Shown here: piece by piece, positions 13,791 through 27,472 of the stretch | How positions within the stretch are numbered: the first letter of the stretch is position 1 | Layout: every line of letters begins with the position of its first letter | NCBI RefSeq assembly: GCF_001194135.2 | Contig: NC_068988.1 | Location: 68,021,014-68,085,013 of the forward strand | DNA length: 64,000 bases | Reading direction: 5' to 3' | Origin: Octopus bimaculoides | Taxonomy: Eukaryota | The notes under the pieces: generated by a model | Databases searched by the model: none | Told to the model about the DNA's origin: nothing | The model's input: the letters and a program-made list of their open reading frames with translations, nothing else | Made by a program: the position numbers and the translations under genes

Positions 13791-14469
13791 TATCTACATA
13801 TGCACAGACATACCCATCTGATAAAACTGAATCAGCTACTGCCAATGCAAAGTACTGGTGCCTGCATCGGCAGGACTTGAATTATTTGAGTAAAGAGTAA
13901 AAAACGTGCGTTAAAATTGACGTAGACTGTCGAGTATCCAACGTTTGAGAGAAGGTTGTGGTGATCTCAAAGGAAATCAAGATAGACCCTAGTTATGCGA
14001 AACTTGTAAGCCACATTGAGCAGCAAAGAAAGTTCAAGGAACTCACTTCAGAGACTCGCCGTCGTTTTGTTTCGAATGTGTGGATGCCACCACCCTCAAC
14101 AGTCAATTGTTCGATTTGTTCTTATTTTAGATTAATTCTCTTAATCCTACCTTAGAAGTTACTTCTACTATATCCAACAAGTCTGTTACTTACTTCCATT
14201 ACTTGTAATATTCCTCCTATCCCCCTTAGTCCACTACAAGCCTACTGATTTCCACTCCTGTCTCCATTACTGTTTCTCTCATTCCAAGAAATTTAGAGCT
14301 GCTACACAATTCTTCTAATTTCTCTGACTCTGTTGACTATGCAGGATTGATCTGGATTTCGAACCCCAAAGAGAGAGGTTCCGACATACTTTGCCGAGTC
14401 GAGAATACCCAGGATAGGTTGTGAACCTACTATACACTGACCCAATCCTTGGAATGCTCCACTGCTCTC

Positions 14470-14880
14470 CTACCCTATTTATGCACACCACTCATTCTGG
14501 CCTTCTAAAAGCCGAGCCTATATTTTAACGCAAATTCATCTACAATTTAGCATCTCTATCTAATACCACAAATCTGACTTCATTTTTACATTAATGAAAG
14601 AGAGCAACCTCAGCAACGTCGGAATTAGAAGATCCATAGGGCCAGGCCTAAGACAGCCAGGCACTTATAACTGTACTCACCGACACAGCAAAACCTGTCC
14701 TTTCATTTAGAATTATAACCAAGGCTTAGTCAAATTATTACTTTACACGAAATATCTGCTGCATATCCTCTAACTTTATATGACGCATCACTTACAACAT
14801 TTATGGTGTGCTTTATATCGTGAAAAACGAGCAATTGTCTTACTAAGTACTTCCTTGGGAACAGTCGAGTCATGTTACGG
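14470..14880 (+). mobile_element. Highly degenerate Penelope-like element fragment (linker, Zn finger and GIY-YIG)
   Basis: Manual translation gives ESNLSNVGIRRSIGPGLRQPGTYNCTHRHSKTCPFI* and CCISSNFI*RITYNIYGVLYIV, resembling the PLE pattern PGTFPC..RC.TCP.I...TC.SSNLIY.I.C..C..LYIG. Confidence 0.6.
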
Positions 14881-15465
14881 TGTATGCTTGTCCAGCCTAC
14901 CTCTTTAACATCCAGGACATTTCATTACCTATTTATCCGTATTCAACATATCTACACATGACGGATATGCACATGTAAGGTAGCAAAATGGACAACGTTT
15001 CGTGTTCAAACAGAGAACCATAGTATATACTAAGATGAGCATATAAATTCTTAAAAAAATGTATTTATGTCGGGGGCCGTATATGAAACCTTTGTTGGTT
15101 ATGTGAAAAAGGCAGAACAAAATGCAACCAATCTTTTATTACCACCATCTGCAATATCATATGTTTGATAGTAATAACTATTTCGTACACTACACATAAT
15201 TCAAACAATTTTCGGCGGGGGTGATCATTCGATTACATCTATCCTAGTACTTGACTAGTGATCTATGTTATCGACCTAAACGAGATGGGACATGGTGGGC
15301 GTTGGAATGAATTGACCGTAGAATGTAAAGAGTCGGGAGAATTGCCGCTATTTATGCTGTTCAAAGTGCTAACAACTCTAGCAGTTCATCGTGATAAACA
15401 TCATCAGCACCACCAACATCACTACCACCACCACCACCACCACCATTAATTTGGTATAAAAGATG

Positions 15466-15921
15466 GGTGACAGCAAATATTCTGCTTAATACCACATATT
15501 TGCTTGTCAGTTGTTTGACCTTAACCAGTTCAGCATGTCCCTTGGTGGCTGACGATATGGGCATCTCTGATCATGAGCAGAAGTAGTGGGGGAGCATCAT
15601 AGCCATGTGTTGAGAGGAATTCTTTGGGGTTTGAATAATTCACCTTGAGAAACATGGGTATTTTTCTCAACATCCTTAAACAAACCCTATTCAGGGACCT
15701 TTTCAGCGGGATGAGCTACTCGACCTGAAAAAAATTCTAACTGGGCTCCACCTGCGAGGTCATGCGCTGTTTATCTTGATATGAAATCATCATGTAATGC
15801 ACATATGGTTGTGATGCATGTGCCTGGTGTACCCTTATCAGACGGGTAGTCATGATGGGTATAATGGACTTCATATATTTTACCCGTGTCACTTTGATGG
15901 CAAACACTGCGCTCTCACTCA
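15466..15921 (+). repeat. Probable interspersed repeat of unassigned family, ending in an (AAT)n tail
   Basis: GC-richer block with no meaningful ORF that runs directly into the trinucleotide array; single copy in this window. Confidence 0.45.
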
Positions 15922-15966
15922 ATAATAATAATAAAAACAACAACAACAACAGCAACAACAACAATG

Positions 15967-16037
<71 letters not shown>

Positions 16038-16094
16038 GAGAAGAAGAAGAAGAAGAAGAAGAAGAAGAAGAAGAAGAAGAAGAAGAAGAAGAAG

Positions 16095-16126
<32 letters not shown>

Positions 16127-16165
16127 GAGGAGGAGGAAGAGTAGTAGGAGGAGGAGGACGACGAA
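15921..16165. repeat. Compound (AAT)n/(AAC)n/(AAG)n/(GAG)n microsatellite
   Basis: Directly visible; the source of the polyN, polyK, polyI and polyR ORFs. Confidence 0.95.
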
Positions 16166-16349
16166 GAGGAAGAATAAAAATGCGGGAGTGGTATGACAGT
16201 AGCAGAATGTTGGTGGAATCCTCTTAAAGGGTTAAGTGACCTAATAGTGACCCGATGTGGCTGTAATAGTGATTGGAATTGTCCTGATTAAATTCATTAA
16301 GTAGTGACCGTTCTGAATGTATCGTTTTTAATGTTTCGTGGGTATTATT

Positions 16350-17005
16350 CTAAGCTCTTGTAATAGTACCATCTGTGGTGGACGCATTCAAAAGGGGTTT
16401 ATATTTTGTGTATAACTCTTTACTAATGCGCTGCCTACAGGTTGCATCGTCTCTGAATTGATAGAGAGGAAAAATTCTGAAGCTGGTTTCGTTATTGGGG
16501 TATATACCGAGGTGTTCGATAAATGCTATTTTTCTGTATTTCCGAATTTTGATCTGGGATCCATACAGAGCCATCCGTTGACGTAGACTGTTTTTGGTTT
16601 GACTCATGTATTGCTCTCGGCACCCAAAACAAGCTAATACATATATCAGCTTCTCCGAAGCACATGTGAAGTTGCTTATTACTGTAAAACTTTGACCATG
16701 TTTGAAAGAGAACTCTGATCCCTCAATTAGGTTGACGCATATACCACAGTTAGGTCTTCCGCATGTTTTTCTTTACTGACGGTTTCAGTGTTGCTGCCGA
16801 GCGTATTCAGGCATGTGTTAGGAGACATTTTATTGATCTTGACTGTCTTTTGCTCTTTATGATGCTGTGCGTTTGGAGGACAAAATTCATTCTGTGGTCC
16901 CATTTTAGTATGGAGATGTTTTGGAAGATGCTGTCGAAGGCTTCATTGTTAAGAGGGTTGTGTGTGATGATGTATGGTAGGGCACGATGAAAGCATATAT
17001 CAATT
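16350..17005 (-). mobile_element. Penelope-like element 3' fragment (linker, Cys Zn finger and GIY-YIG endonuclease)
   Basis: LPYIITHNPLNNEAFDSIFQNISIL...IIKSKRQSRSIKCLLTHA, then an open frame 16772-16350: CGRPNCGICVNLIEGSEFSFKHGQSFTVISNFTCASEKLIYVLACFGCREQYMSQTKNSLRQRM...KYKPLLNA. Confidence 0.9.
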
Positions 17006-17025
17006 AGTGATGGTGGGCGTGTGTA

Positions 17026-17060
<35 letters not shown>

Positions 17061-17938
17061 NNNNNNNNNNNNNNNNNNNNNNNNNNNNNNNNNNNNNNNN
17101 NNNNNNNNNNNNNNNNNNNNNNNNNNNNNNNNNNNNNNNNNNNNNNNNNNNNNNNNNNNNNNNNNNNNNNNNNNNNNNNNNNNNNNNNNNNNNNNNNNNN
17201 NNNNNNNNNNNNNNNNNNNNNNNNNNNNNNNNNNNNNNNNNNNNNNNNNNNNNNNNNNNNNNNNNNNNNNNNNNNNNNNNNNNNNNNNNNNNNNNNNNNN
17301 NNNNNNNNNNNNNNNNNNNNNNNNNNNNNNNNNNNNNNNNNNNNNNNNNNNNNNNNNNNNNNNNNNNNNNNNNNNNNNNNNNNNNNNNNNNNNNNNNNNN
17401 NNNNNNNNNNNNNNNNNNNNNNNNNNNNNNNNNNNNNNNNNNNNNNNNNNNNNNNNNNNNNNNNNNNNNNNNNNNNNNNNNNNNNNNNNNNNNNNNNNNN
17501 NNNNNNNNNNNNNNNNNNNNNNNNNNNNNNNNNNNNNNNNNNNNNNNNNNNNNNNNNNNNNNNNNNNNNNNNNNNNNNNNNNNNNNNNNNNNNNNNNNNN
17601 NNNNNNNNNNNNNNNNNNNNNNNNNNNNNNNNNNNNNNNNNNNNNNNNNNNNNNNNNNNNNNNNNNNNNNNNNNNNNNNNNNNNNNNNNNNNNNNNNNNN
17701 NNNNNNNNNNNNNNNNNNNNNNNNNNNNNNNNNNNNNNNNNNNNNNNNNNNNNNNNNNNNNNNNNNNNNNNNNNNNNNNNNNNNNNNNNNNNNNNNNNNN
17801 NNNNNNNNNNNNNNNNNNNNNNNNNNNNNNNNNNNNNNNNNNNNNNNNNNNNNNNNNNNNNNNNNNNNNNNNNNNNNNNNNNNNNNNNNNNNNNNNNNNN
17901 NNNNNNNNNNNNNNNNNNNNNNNNNNNNNNNNNNNNNN
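17061..17938. other. Largest assembly gap (N run), one of about 20 gaps in the window
   Basis: N run flanked by (TA)n; almost all other gaps also abut microsatellites. Confidence 0.99.
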
Positions 17939-18529
17939 ATATATTTATATATATAACAATCATGAATGCTAGACATAATTAATGAGATAAACATCAGATT
18001 TATTCATGAATAAATAATGAGTCAGACAAAAGGAAGAATTGTTGCCTATTTTCATAGAGATCATTCGACACTCGGGAACTACGTAATATTTATGAGTCTA
18101 TGAAATGTACGTCAAATTGAGAAAAACATACTGTCAACATTTTGTCAGTACTTTTATCTCTACTACATAGTGGTGCTGAACTCGGTATTATGTGGTTGGT
18201 AAACAAATTTCTTACCACTATGCCACGCATGTATTATTATATTTAATTCTTTACGTTCTTAACTTTGCTGATTTGGCAATTTATTGCCATATATAAAAAA
18301 GGAAGATAGTACTAAGTCTTCTCAGAAAACATTATATATATATATATATATACATTATATATCTCCAATACCGTTATGATACCGTTACGATACTGGAAAT
18401 GTTAGAAAGATGAGTAAGGAACGAAATGGGAATTACGAAGTAGTTCACCGAGGGCATTGTGATATAGACTTAAACGTAGATACACGATGTATCCTCTGAT
18501 TCTTTCTGCTTCTATCTACCAAAGCCACT

Positions 18530-19088
18530 GAGATCGTTAGCGAATGCCCGAAATTGGCATAACACAAATACAAACGACGACTTGACAATTTGGCAAGAAT
18601 GATCAATCGGGGGCTCTGTGGAAATTACGGCCTACAAAGAATAAAGATGTGGTATGAGCAAAGTTCAGAAGGAGTTAACTAAAATGGCAACTGCAAAATC
18701 CTGTGGGATGTAAAGATACAGTGCGATCACCTGATGAGACATAGGAGACCGGACGTTGTTGTGGTGAGTAAAGAAGAAAGAACATGTATGATACTGGGCA
18801 AAGCATGTCCTGGTCACAACAGGATCAATGTGAAAGAAGAAAAAATTAAACAACTATGACGATTTAAAGTGGGAAATACGAATGTTGTGAACAATGAGGA
18901 GAGTAGACATGGTACCAATAGTAATTGGTACGCTTACGGCTGAAAATGATTGGTGCAAGTGTGAAGGTAGAACATCTAGAAAAATCAGCATTGCTTAGAA
19001 CTGCAAGAATTCTTCGCAGGGTTTTTTACCATTAAACAAGTGCCACCTTATTCTGCTGACAGCTGACACTTTCCATTATATCCAGCAA
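18530..19088 (+). mobile_element. R4/Dong/Rex6-like non-LTR retrotransposon 3' fragment (Zn knuckle and restriction-like endonuclease)
   Basis: IVSECPKLA*HKYKRRLDNLARM..LCGNYG..KILWDVKIQCDHLMRHRRPDVVVVSKEERTCMI..YDDLKWEI..VPIVIGTL..SALLRTARILRRVF, followed by a short 3' UTR and (TAA)n. Confidence 0.85.
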
Positions 19089-19106
19089 AATAAGCTGTGA
19101 GTTTTC

Positions 19107-19178
<72 letters not shown>
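19089..19178. repeat. (AAT)n microsatellite shared by the R4-like tail and a SINE tail
   Basis: Directly visible; a second (AAT)n lies at 19398-19462. Confidence 0.95.
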
Positions 19179-19179
<1 letters not shown>

Positions 19180-19189
19180 GATAATAATT

Positions 19190-19392
19190 ATCCTTTCTAC
19201 AATAGGCTCAAGAATTGAAATTTTAGCGGTGGGAATCAGTAGATCCCAATAAGTAACTGGTACTTAATTTATCGACCCCCAAAGAATGAATGGCAAAGAT
19301 GACCCGGCGGAATTGGAACTCAGAACATGAAGACAGACGAAAAACTGCTAAGCATTTCGCCCGGCGTGCTAACTATTCTGCCAGGTTGCCGC
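19190..19392 (-). mobile_element. SINE family A
   Basis: Reverse complement begins GGCAACCTGGCAGAATAGTTAGCACGCCGGGCGAAATGCTTAGC. Confidence 0.85.
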
Positions 19393-19397
19393 ATTTG

Positions 19398-19462
<65 letters not shown>

Positions 19463-19463
<1 letters not shown>

Positions 19464-20030
19464 CTTTTTAACTCAGGTTTTGCTGGAACACCTGGAGTCT
19501 TACAAGTGTAGTAGGCTTCATACCTGCTGTCTACGGTACCATGGTATCTGTTCTTTTCAGCTAATACTTTCCTGATTAATCTGGTCGTGTCAAGGAGGCA
19601 AACATTTTGTAACATTTCAACTGTGAATTCTGTTCCGATTTCCTTTACATTCCCCTTGATGCCTTTACCGGGGTCCTTTTGCTAAAGAACCATTTTCCCT
19701 GTGGTAATCCTCTTTGGGATTTCCACCCCGTCGTTGATCATTTCATCCATTTGCGCAGCTATTCTTTCGCGTAAGTCTTGTAAATTATTCAGCCAGTACT
19801 CTTGTACCCTATCCGGACCTGATCATTTCTATTTTGGAACTTTCGTTATCACCTCGGTCACTATTTTGGTTGTTATTCTTAACATGTTCTGTTTCACTTC
19901 ATTTTCATCTCATCTTAATTCAACCATTCGGCATTTTTCGTATGATTCTTTCATTTTCCCAGATGTTACTCCAAAACTTCCTACTTTCTTCAGCATCAGA
20001 TTTCTCACTTCTGTAAACCTTTCTGTTTAG
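19463..20030 (-). mobile_element. R4/Dong-like retrotransposon, internally deleted derivative
   Basis: SDAEESRKFWSNIWE..SGPDRVQEYWLNNLQDLRERIAAQMDEMINDGVEIPKRITTGKMVL*QKDPGKG joined directly to IKGNVKEIGTEFTVEMLQNVCLLDTTRLIRKVL. Confidence 0.8.
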
Positions 20031-23000
20031 CTGCTAGTAAACTCTAGGATCCTACAGGAAAAAAATAACTAAGTGGTATTGTCCATTTCTTTGATCATAT
20101 ACAGATATATAGATAGAGAATGCTAAGAGAGGTGCTGGTGTCACAGTTAGCCACATTGTTTATTTATAAATATAAAGTATATATTGGCAACAGGGATAAT
20201 ATTAATACCAAGAGCTTATATTTATCACCACGTAAACGAATTTGTTGTATTAGAAAAAAAATTACTGCTGCAGTTACCATGAAAGAAACTGACATATTGG
20301 CTTTTTGGTGCAAAATGCACCCCTCCAGTCAGTAGCGATCAAGTGACCATCATTGATAGGACCAATCAAGGTCGAAATCACGTAATCTGGTGGTGTCAAC
20401 GCTGGAGGTAGCGGGTAGAATGAAAAAGAAATAGTTTGAGAAAAAATTTGATTCTGTATTTTTGTAGGGTGTTATATTTGTTATTTCATGAGGAAGAACC
20501 AGAAATTGAATAATGCTGGCCCCGACTTTGGTCTCCCGAAGGTATGCCTAAGGGAGACAATAACAAAACGGCATTAAGCTGAGTTGAGTTACGGCTGCAT
20601 AAAAAATATCTGCAAGAGTCGCACTTTCAAATCAATCCTCTGAAAAGAAAAAAATAACGTCAAATCCTGCATTAAACCTAGACAAAAAGAAACTAGCCGC
20701 AATTTCATTGACATATTGTATGGTTCCAACGGAGAAAGTCCTTAGAGCAAAATTTTCTACACTGGCTCAAATTGTCCAGCATAAAACATAATGAAGGTTC
20801 ATTTGAACCGACACTACATAAAACAATTTTCCGCCATTTAGACAACAGATGATATAGAGTGACAACACACCTTCACTACAGAGATAAGAGTTACAATTTA
20901 CAAAATTCGCAACCGAAAAAAGAACGAACTTCAGAAAAAGCCTACGTAATGAACATAGACTACCTTACACTCGTGGATTTATCAGAAATGTCACTAATTA
21001 GCATTTTCTCGTTTTAATCATTTTGAAAATGATTGTAAAGATAAAGTTTAGTGGAAGCTAGAGCCTTATAGAATATTTCAAGTTATTTCACATTGATTAA
21101 GCGATTGCCTCCTTTCATTAAGAAATTGATAAAATTCTTTATTTGATTGAGTGCATTGATTCTATTCTCTCTTTTATGTCTTTTAACTGAAATACAAAAA
21201 TCCATTTAACATAAAATTGAAAACAAACAAGCAGCTTGCCAATAGATTCAAAACGGAGAACAAAACAAAAAACCCGTTAAAACATAAAAAGCAAATAAAA
21301 ATGTTGTGCTTTGTGAAACAGCTCAGACCAATAGGCAACATATGGAAAAGTCACGTGATTACCACTTGATAGAAACGGTATAAATAGGAGACGGAAAGCA
21401 TCAAAAAGCAAAGAAAGAAATAGTACAAACTCAGATTTATAAACTTTACAGAAGTTTTATTTTGACACATATTTTTAAAATAAATAAATAAGTCAAGAAT
21501 GTTTAAATATAACATGAAAATAAGGAAATAAGAGTATTGATCTTTGCATATAAGTAGGAGGTCAACGTTGAAGAAAAGATTAGAGAGCGTATGAGATCGC
21601 ACACGTGTAAGACTGTTGCTTGTATTATTTAATAAAGCCACTAACTTATGGAGAATTTAGTGAACAACGTGTCAGAAATTGCACACATCTTCTCTCACAC
21701 TTCTACACAAAATCTTAGGGATTTGTTAGAGAAATCAATGGCAGCTCTTCATCGCTTTCTTTAACGTCGATATCAGAAATTACAAATAATAATAATGTTA
21801 ATGAGGAAGCAGAGGAGAAAGATGACTATGATAACGGCTACGACGACGATGATGACAATGACGACGACGATGATGGCTATAATGATGATGAACTCATAAA
21901 TCAATTTACTGTGCCAATACATTTTTGATGTCATATATTATATAGTTCCTACTTAATGTAACGCTATGGATTCATTGCTGTTGAAAACTACCTAAGAAAT
22001 ACTTATAAGTAATAAATAAATAAATAGATAAATAAATGAACCTTGCTTTATTGTCATTGAAACAGAATGAAAATCGACCAACGTGAAGATATGTGAGTGA
22101 TCTGCAACGTTTAACGAAGAACTGTGTGCTATAAACGAAACAAGAAAATAGTTATATTAATATATTTTTAAATAATTTTATTTTTTCTCCTCTCCCGAAA
22201 ATAATTTCTTTGGATGCAGCAAATGGTGTAGATCCACTCGTTAATGATAAATCTTTATACAATGTTGAGTCACCTATGTATGCCTTGAAAAGGGAGAGAG
22301 AGACTGGATCACTTTAATTTGTTGAAAATATTTACTGCATCGTTCATATAACTGCTTAAATCTGAACAGAATCTGTTCAAAACATAAAACAAAGCAAATC
22401 GCTGATGTGAACTTAGGTTTGCTGTTCAGTTGATGTAGGTCTAAACAACAACGACAATAATAATCACAAGAACAGCAATAAGAGTTATAGCAATAAATCT
22501 GAAGCTAAACTAAGTTTTATAAGATTATCCATATCGGATAGAAATACTTGAAAACACTCTAGAAAGGAGAGAAGAAAACTAAAAAAAATGTAGTTAATTA
22601 TAAGAAGAAATATAAATTAAATATGTCAGAGATTTACTTAGGATCTGAAGTACATAAATCCACTTCTATAAGTTTCTAACTTGGTACGTTTTAAACCTTT
22701 AACAAGTTGTGTACTTATATGCTGGAGTAGTGTTACACAATAATTATAGAGTGAGAATCAATACATATACAGACGAGCAGAAACTCATATTTCTTTTTAC
22801 TATGTTCATTGAATCGCTGAATTTTGAAAATATTTTTATAGATTTTTCGCAAGATGTTATTGAAATAATTCAATTTCATCGGCAAACAGAGATGAATGAA
22901 TTAGTTTGTTTTATTTTATTTCCTTTTTGACACGTAACTTCCAATACAAAATTCCCATACGGCATATAACTATCATCTCATTGCATTTGTTTGTTAAATT

Positions 23001-24887
23001 AACCTTGCCATGAGGTTATTGAGAAAGCTAATTAAAGATAATTAGTATAGTTTGTAAACCTTTGTAACAAACAGAAATATCTCGTAAACTGAATAAAATA
23101 AAATAGAATAATTAATTACTAATAAACATCAATCAACTACAAGAAAACCAAAATTAAATAGAATATTATGTAATTTGTCATTAATAATCAAAGTATTTGA
23201 AATTTTAAGGAAGAATATTTCCCTCCGTGTGTATTTTGTTGAAATCTTGATAATAAATGCACACAAGCTAAATACAAAACATGGATATTCAGTGTCAAGA
23301 CTGCTAACGTCTGTTTCAGAGATTATAGTAATTACACGAATGTGATAGACAACAACTTTAATACTCTCGGCATATCTCTAACACAAGACTTTGTCATTAT
23401 CCAAACTGATTGCTATACACTAGTATTGACTAGTCTCCTCCTGCTTTCAAGATGGAGAAATCACGTTATTCAATTAGAAATATGTATTATTATCAAGTTG
23501 TTTCTATTCCTTTCTTCTATATTACATTCTTGTTGCTGTCATCGTTTTTAACACTTTACCTTCAGGCATAATTTAATTATATTTGAAGCTGTTTCATTAC
23601 CCTGGCAGACTGGAGGTAAGAAACGTCAAATTCAACATTGTTTAAACATAATTATATTTATTATGGATGTGAACGATTTTATTAAAAAAAATATCCCATC
23701 AATTCAATTAATATATAATAAAACCAAAAGACGTAAAGAAGTTAAATAAGATTTAAATACAGAACAACTCATAACTATTCTGAGTGCAGTGTAGTGCTGA
23801 CTATGAAATGCACTTATAGTAAACTTATTATGTCTGTCCAATAATGAGCTAGAAGTTTGAGACTTGTCGCTAAGCTATCCAAATTTTTTGTCTTACGCAT
23901 ATATCATCTTTATGTTGAATGATATAATCTGGAAGTGATCATAGATTATTTTGCTAATCTATATTCCTAGTTAGGTGTCCATCATTTATAGGCAACATAT
24001 TTCGATGTAAGTCTGAAGTTTTCTAGATGCTGAGGAATGCTATCTTATTTCTGATAGTCTCTGGTCACTTCCTGCCAACAATTTCCTCCTATGTTTAATA
24101 TCAGCACTAGTCATTTTGAGCAAGGAATACTAAATTCGAATCTTACTATGGCTTAGATTAGTGAATTATGTACTGTGATAGGCGGATTATCATTATGTTG
24201 TTTGAAACAATTCTTTGAATTCAGCAATAGTTAAGTTTTTCTATATATGTAGGAAATCATTTATCATGCTACATTCACTAAGTGATAAGCATTCAAACCA
24301 TTTTTCTTTGGCGCTTTTGAATATAACACATAGATATATTGTTGTCACGGGTTCTGTCTTTCTGCGTCGAATATTGTGCAAGCACCTTCTACCATAATTG
24401 ATCAAAGAAATACGCTTCGCTGTTGTTCGGTGATCATCGCAATCATTTGCTTAGTTTCGCACCATCATCTTGTTCGTTCGTAGATTATAACGAAGTGAAT
24501 TCTAATGTAAGCATTCGGGTATGACCTATATTCTGATGATAATTTCTTCTCGTCTTATACGCCACTCGGATGCCCAGAAGTGACTTCCCCACTGGAACAT
24601 TAAGATCAAGATCATATACAAAACTGCATGAAGAGTCTCCAGTTGTTTTTAACGATTTCTAAAAGCAAAACTTTCATTTCAAACAACTTGATCAAAATAT
24701 GTTGTCAAAAATATAGAGCCATTTTATACAGCAATATGATAATTTGAGGTGAATATTTTGACTTGAGCTTAGTCACTATTATGAAAACAGAAACCAGCCA
24801 TCGTTCAGGAAATAATAGTTACAACTATGTTTGTGATCACCAGAATTATGATCTGCATAGTGTATGCATATAACACTTCTGAAATGA

Positions 24888-24890
<3 letters not shown>

Positions 24891-24969
<79 letters not shown>

Positions 24970-24990
24970 ACACACACATACACACACACA
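24891..24990. repeat. (CA)n microsatellite
   Basis: Directly visible. Confidence 0.95.
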
Positions 24991-25542
24991 TGCACAGAAA
25001 CGCTCGTGCATGACGTATGTATGTACATATAATTTTGGCGATATTTTATTACTTCGTTTCATCACTGTTGTCGTTTGTGCTAATATGCTAGTCAATTGTT
25101 GTCAAGATGTTTTATTACAAGCATTCTAGCCATGCCCGTCCCATCCTTCTCTCGGACATTCTATAACTACAATTAATCTATATACTGTTCATATTCTCTT
25201 TTGAAAACGATATGTCTTAATTTTTGGCAGTTTGACTTCTATTTCTAACAAAATAATGAGCACAGATAGACGCTTCTTTTGATAATTATTTTCAGTTCGT
25301 CAAGCATTGTTGACTTTTGTAGCAATTATATTTGTGTAGATAATTTGTGTTGCTAGCAAAGTGGAGTAATGCAACCGTGATAATCGTAGATGTTGATAGG
25401 AAAAATAGGGCATGTGAAACAAAGTTTCATAACGGATCAAAGCCAAATCGCAGCAGAGTCGCACAAATGTATTGTAGTTATAAACGCAGCGATGTCACAT
25501 TTGAAGATATCAATTTTAAATTATTATTAATACATTAGTTAA

Positions 25543-25770
25543 GGCGGTGAGCTGGCAGAAACATTAGCCCGCCGGGCGAAATACTTAACAGTATTTCGTC
25601 TGACTTTACGTTCTAAGTTCAAATTCCGCCGAGGTTGACTTTGCCTTTGCCTTTAATCCTTTTGGGGTCGATAAATTTAGTAGCAGTTGCATACTTGGGT
25701 CGATCCAATCGACTGTCCCCGTCTATAAAAAATTCGGGCTTTGTGCCTAGAGTAGAAAAGATTAGTATAT
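25543..25770 (+). mobile_element. SINE family A
   Basis: GGCGGTGAGCTGGCAGAAACATTAGCCCGCCGGGCGAAAT...GTTCAAATTCCGCCGAGGTTGAC. Confidence 0.9.
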
Positions 25771-27472
25771 TATTAATAATAGCAAATAAGATTGTTGAAT
25801 CCGATCGAAACCTTATATTCCGAAACGGAATTTAGTTTCATCCAAAATTTTTTTTTTTTAGCTTCATCGAAATTCGAATTAATATACCAGTAATTAAATG
25901 TACCAGTGTGAAAAAGATTACCTTCCAGATAAAAATGTAGTAGGATCATGATTTATGGTACCTAAAATAGTCAACAAGTTGGTAGAAAATATTGGCAGAC
26001 ACGTGCATAGAAAAGATTGCTAATTTTGCATTTGCTTCTGACTTTGAGTTCAAATACCGACGATATTATACTCCTTTCGGGATCTATAAATAAAGTACCA
26101 CTTATTTCTTCTCCTTCCGTTCTTCTGTTTAGGGAAGAAATCTGCAATAGTTAGACCTAGTGAGGGACGAGCCTTCTTAGGTCTAAAAACACACAATGTA
26201 TGTCACAACAATGCCCCTGCAACATGATCAGTACTGTGTCGAAGCTAAGGGATTTAAAAATGTCATACTCCCACGAATATTAATTTTCACAAACTTATTC
26301 ACATTGAATTAGGATCTGTAAAAGAAATGCGACTCCGTTTGCTACGTTGAATATAAAGTTAACATTGAAATAGTTACAAATATTTCAATTGTTAGATTAA
26401 TTCTCAATCAACCAAATAGACGATGATTTCTATAGTCTACTCTATGCTTTTTAAAGTTCTTCGTCAGTTGACATTCAACAGCTTAATGCCACTTCTCGAA
26501 ATAATCCAGCAAGGTGAAAATGTACTTAGCTTTGTGAAATATTCGTAATAAGCCAGCTTTGAAAATTATCGAATTTCCATTATTTCACAGCTGCGGTGAT
26601 TAGCCTTCCTGTGTTGTCATAAAACATGGAAACTGTGGGTACATTTGCTATTACATTACCTTATTTCCTATGTGGGCGCTATTTCAAATGGCTGATAATA
26701 CTGACATTGTTATAATCTTCGTGTCTATTAATGACACTATTAAAATATATAGACTTAATCTTTGTTTATGCTAATGGCTACCACATATTAAGTAGATCCC
26801 TAAGGACACCAATACGTTCTATCATACACCCATTCTTACCTAAGCTAAATTAGATGGAAAATTAATTACCTGCTAGTTCCTGCTTCCCTAATGGACACAT
26901 ACTTTATCGTTGCTTCTTAAATACGCTAAAATTAATGGAAGTAATTAACAAACATCATTATTATTACAAATGCTAATCAAATAAACGCAGCAGGAAATAA
27001 TAAGCTAGTGCTGAGTATAAGGAGATCTCTTGAGAAACAGTGAAGCCCAAACATATAAGCGTGAAAACAATAAGAGCAATAATAAATATATATACACGCA
27101 CACACACAAACATACCTACTTATACGTGTAAATACATTTTTGTGGGTGTGTGTGTGCGTATGTGTGTGTGTGTAGGTGTGTGTTTTGTGTGTATGTGTGT
27201 CTACCTGCGTGGAGTAGTGGTTCCGCTGTTGCACTTATGATAATAAGATTGTTGTTTCCTGAACCGGGCGATGCGTTGTGTTTTTCAGCAAAACATTCCA
27301 TTTCACGTTGGTCCAGACCATCCAGTGGGTATATATGAATAATCTAGGAACGGACCGGAATTTTCATGCTGGGTGGGGATAAATGACAGAATCCAGGAAA
27401 CGGGCCTATGTTTGTATACATAAAAATATATATAAGTATACATATGTACGTATATATATATATATATATAAT

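Noticed and set aside
15852-16227. PolyN, polyK, polyI and polyR ORFs, and similar ORFs at 36251-36817, 13485-13880 and 56656-57081
   Set aside because: They are translations of microsatellites, open in several frames at once, with no coding signature.
16807-17994. Longest ORFs in the track (300-395 aa) and other X-rich ORFs
   Set aside because: They are open only because they cross N gaps; only the Penelope linker part of this one is meaningful.
20560-21000. Possible additional Penelope RT remnant (NFIDIL, LPYTRGF)
   Set aside because: Motif matches are too short and interrupted to support a call without a profile search.
23566-23615. 50-nt + strand AG...GTAAG-bounded pseudo-exon (HNLIIFEAVSLPWQTG), and similar micro-exons near 24483 and 26870
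   Set aside because: Splice-like dinucleotides are abundant in AT-rich DNA; there is no homology or linkage evidence, and some have stops in all frames.
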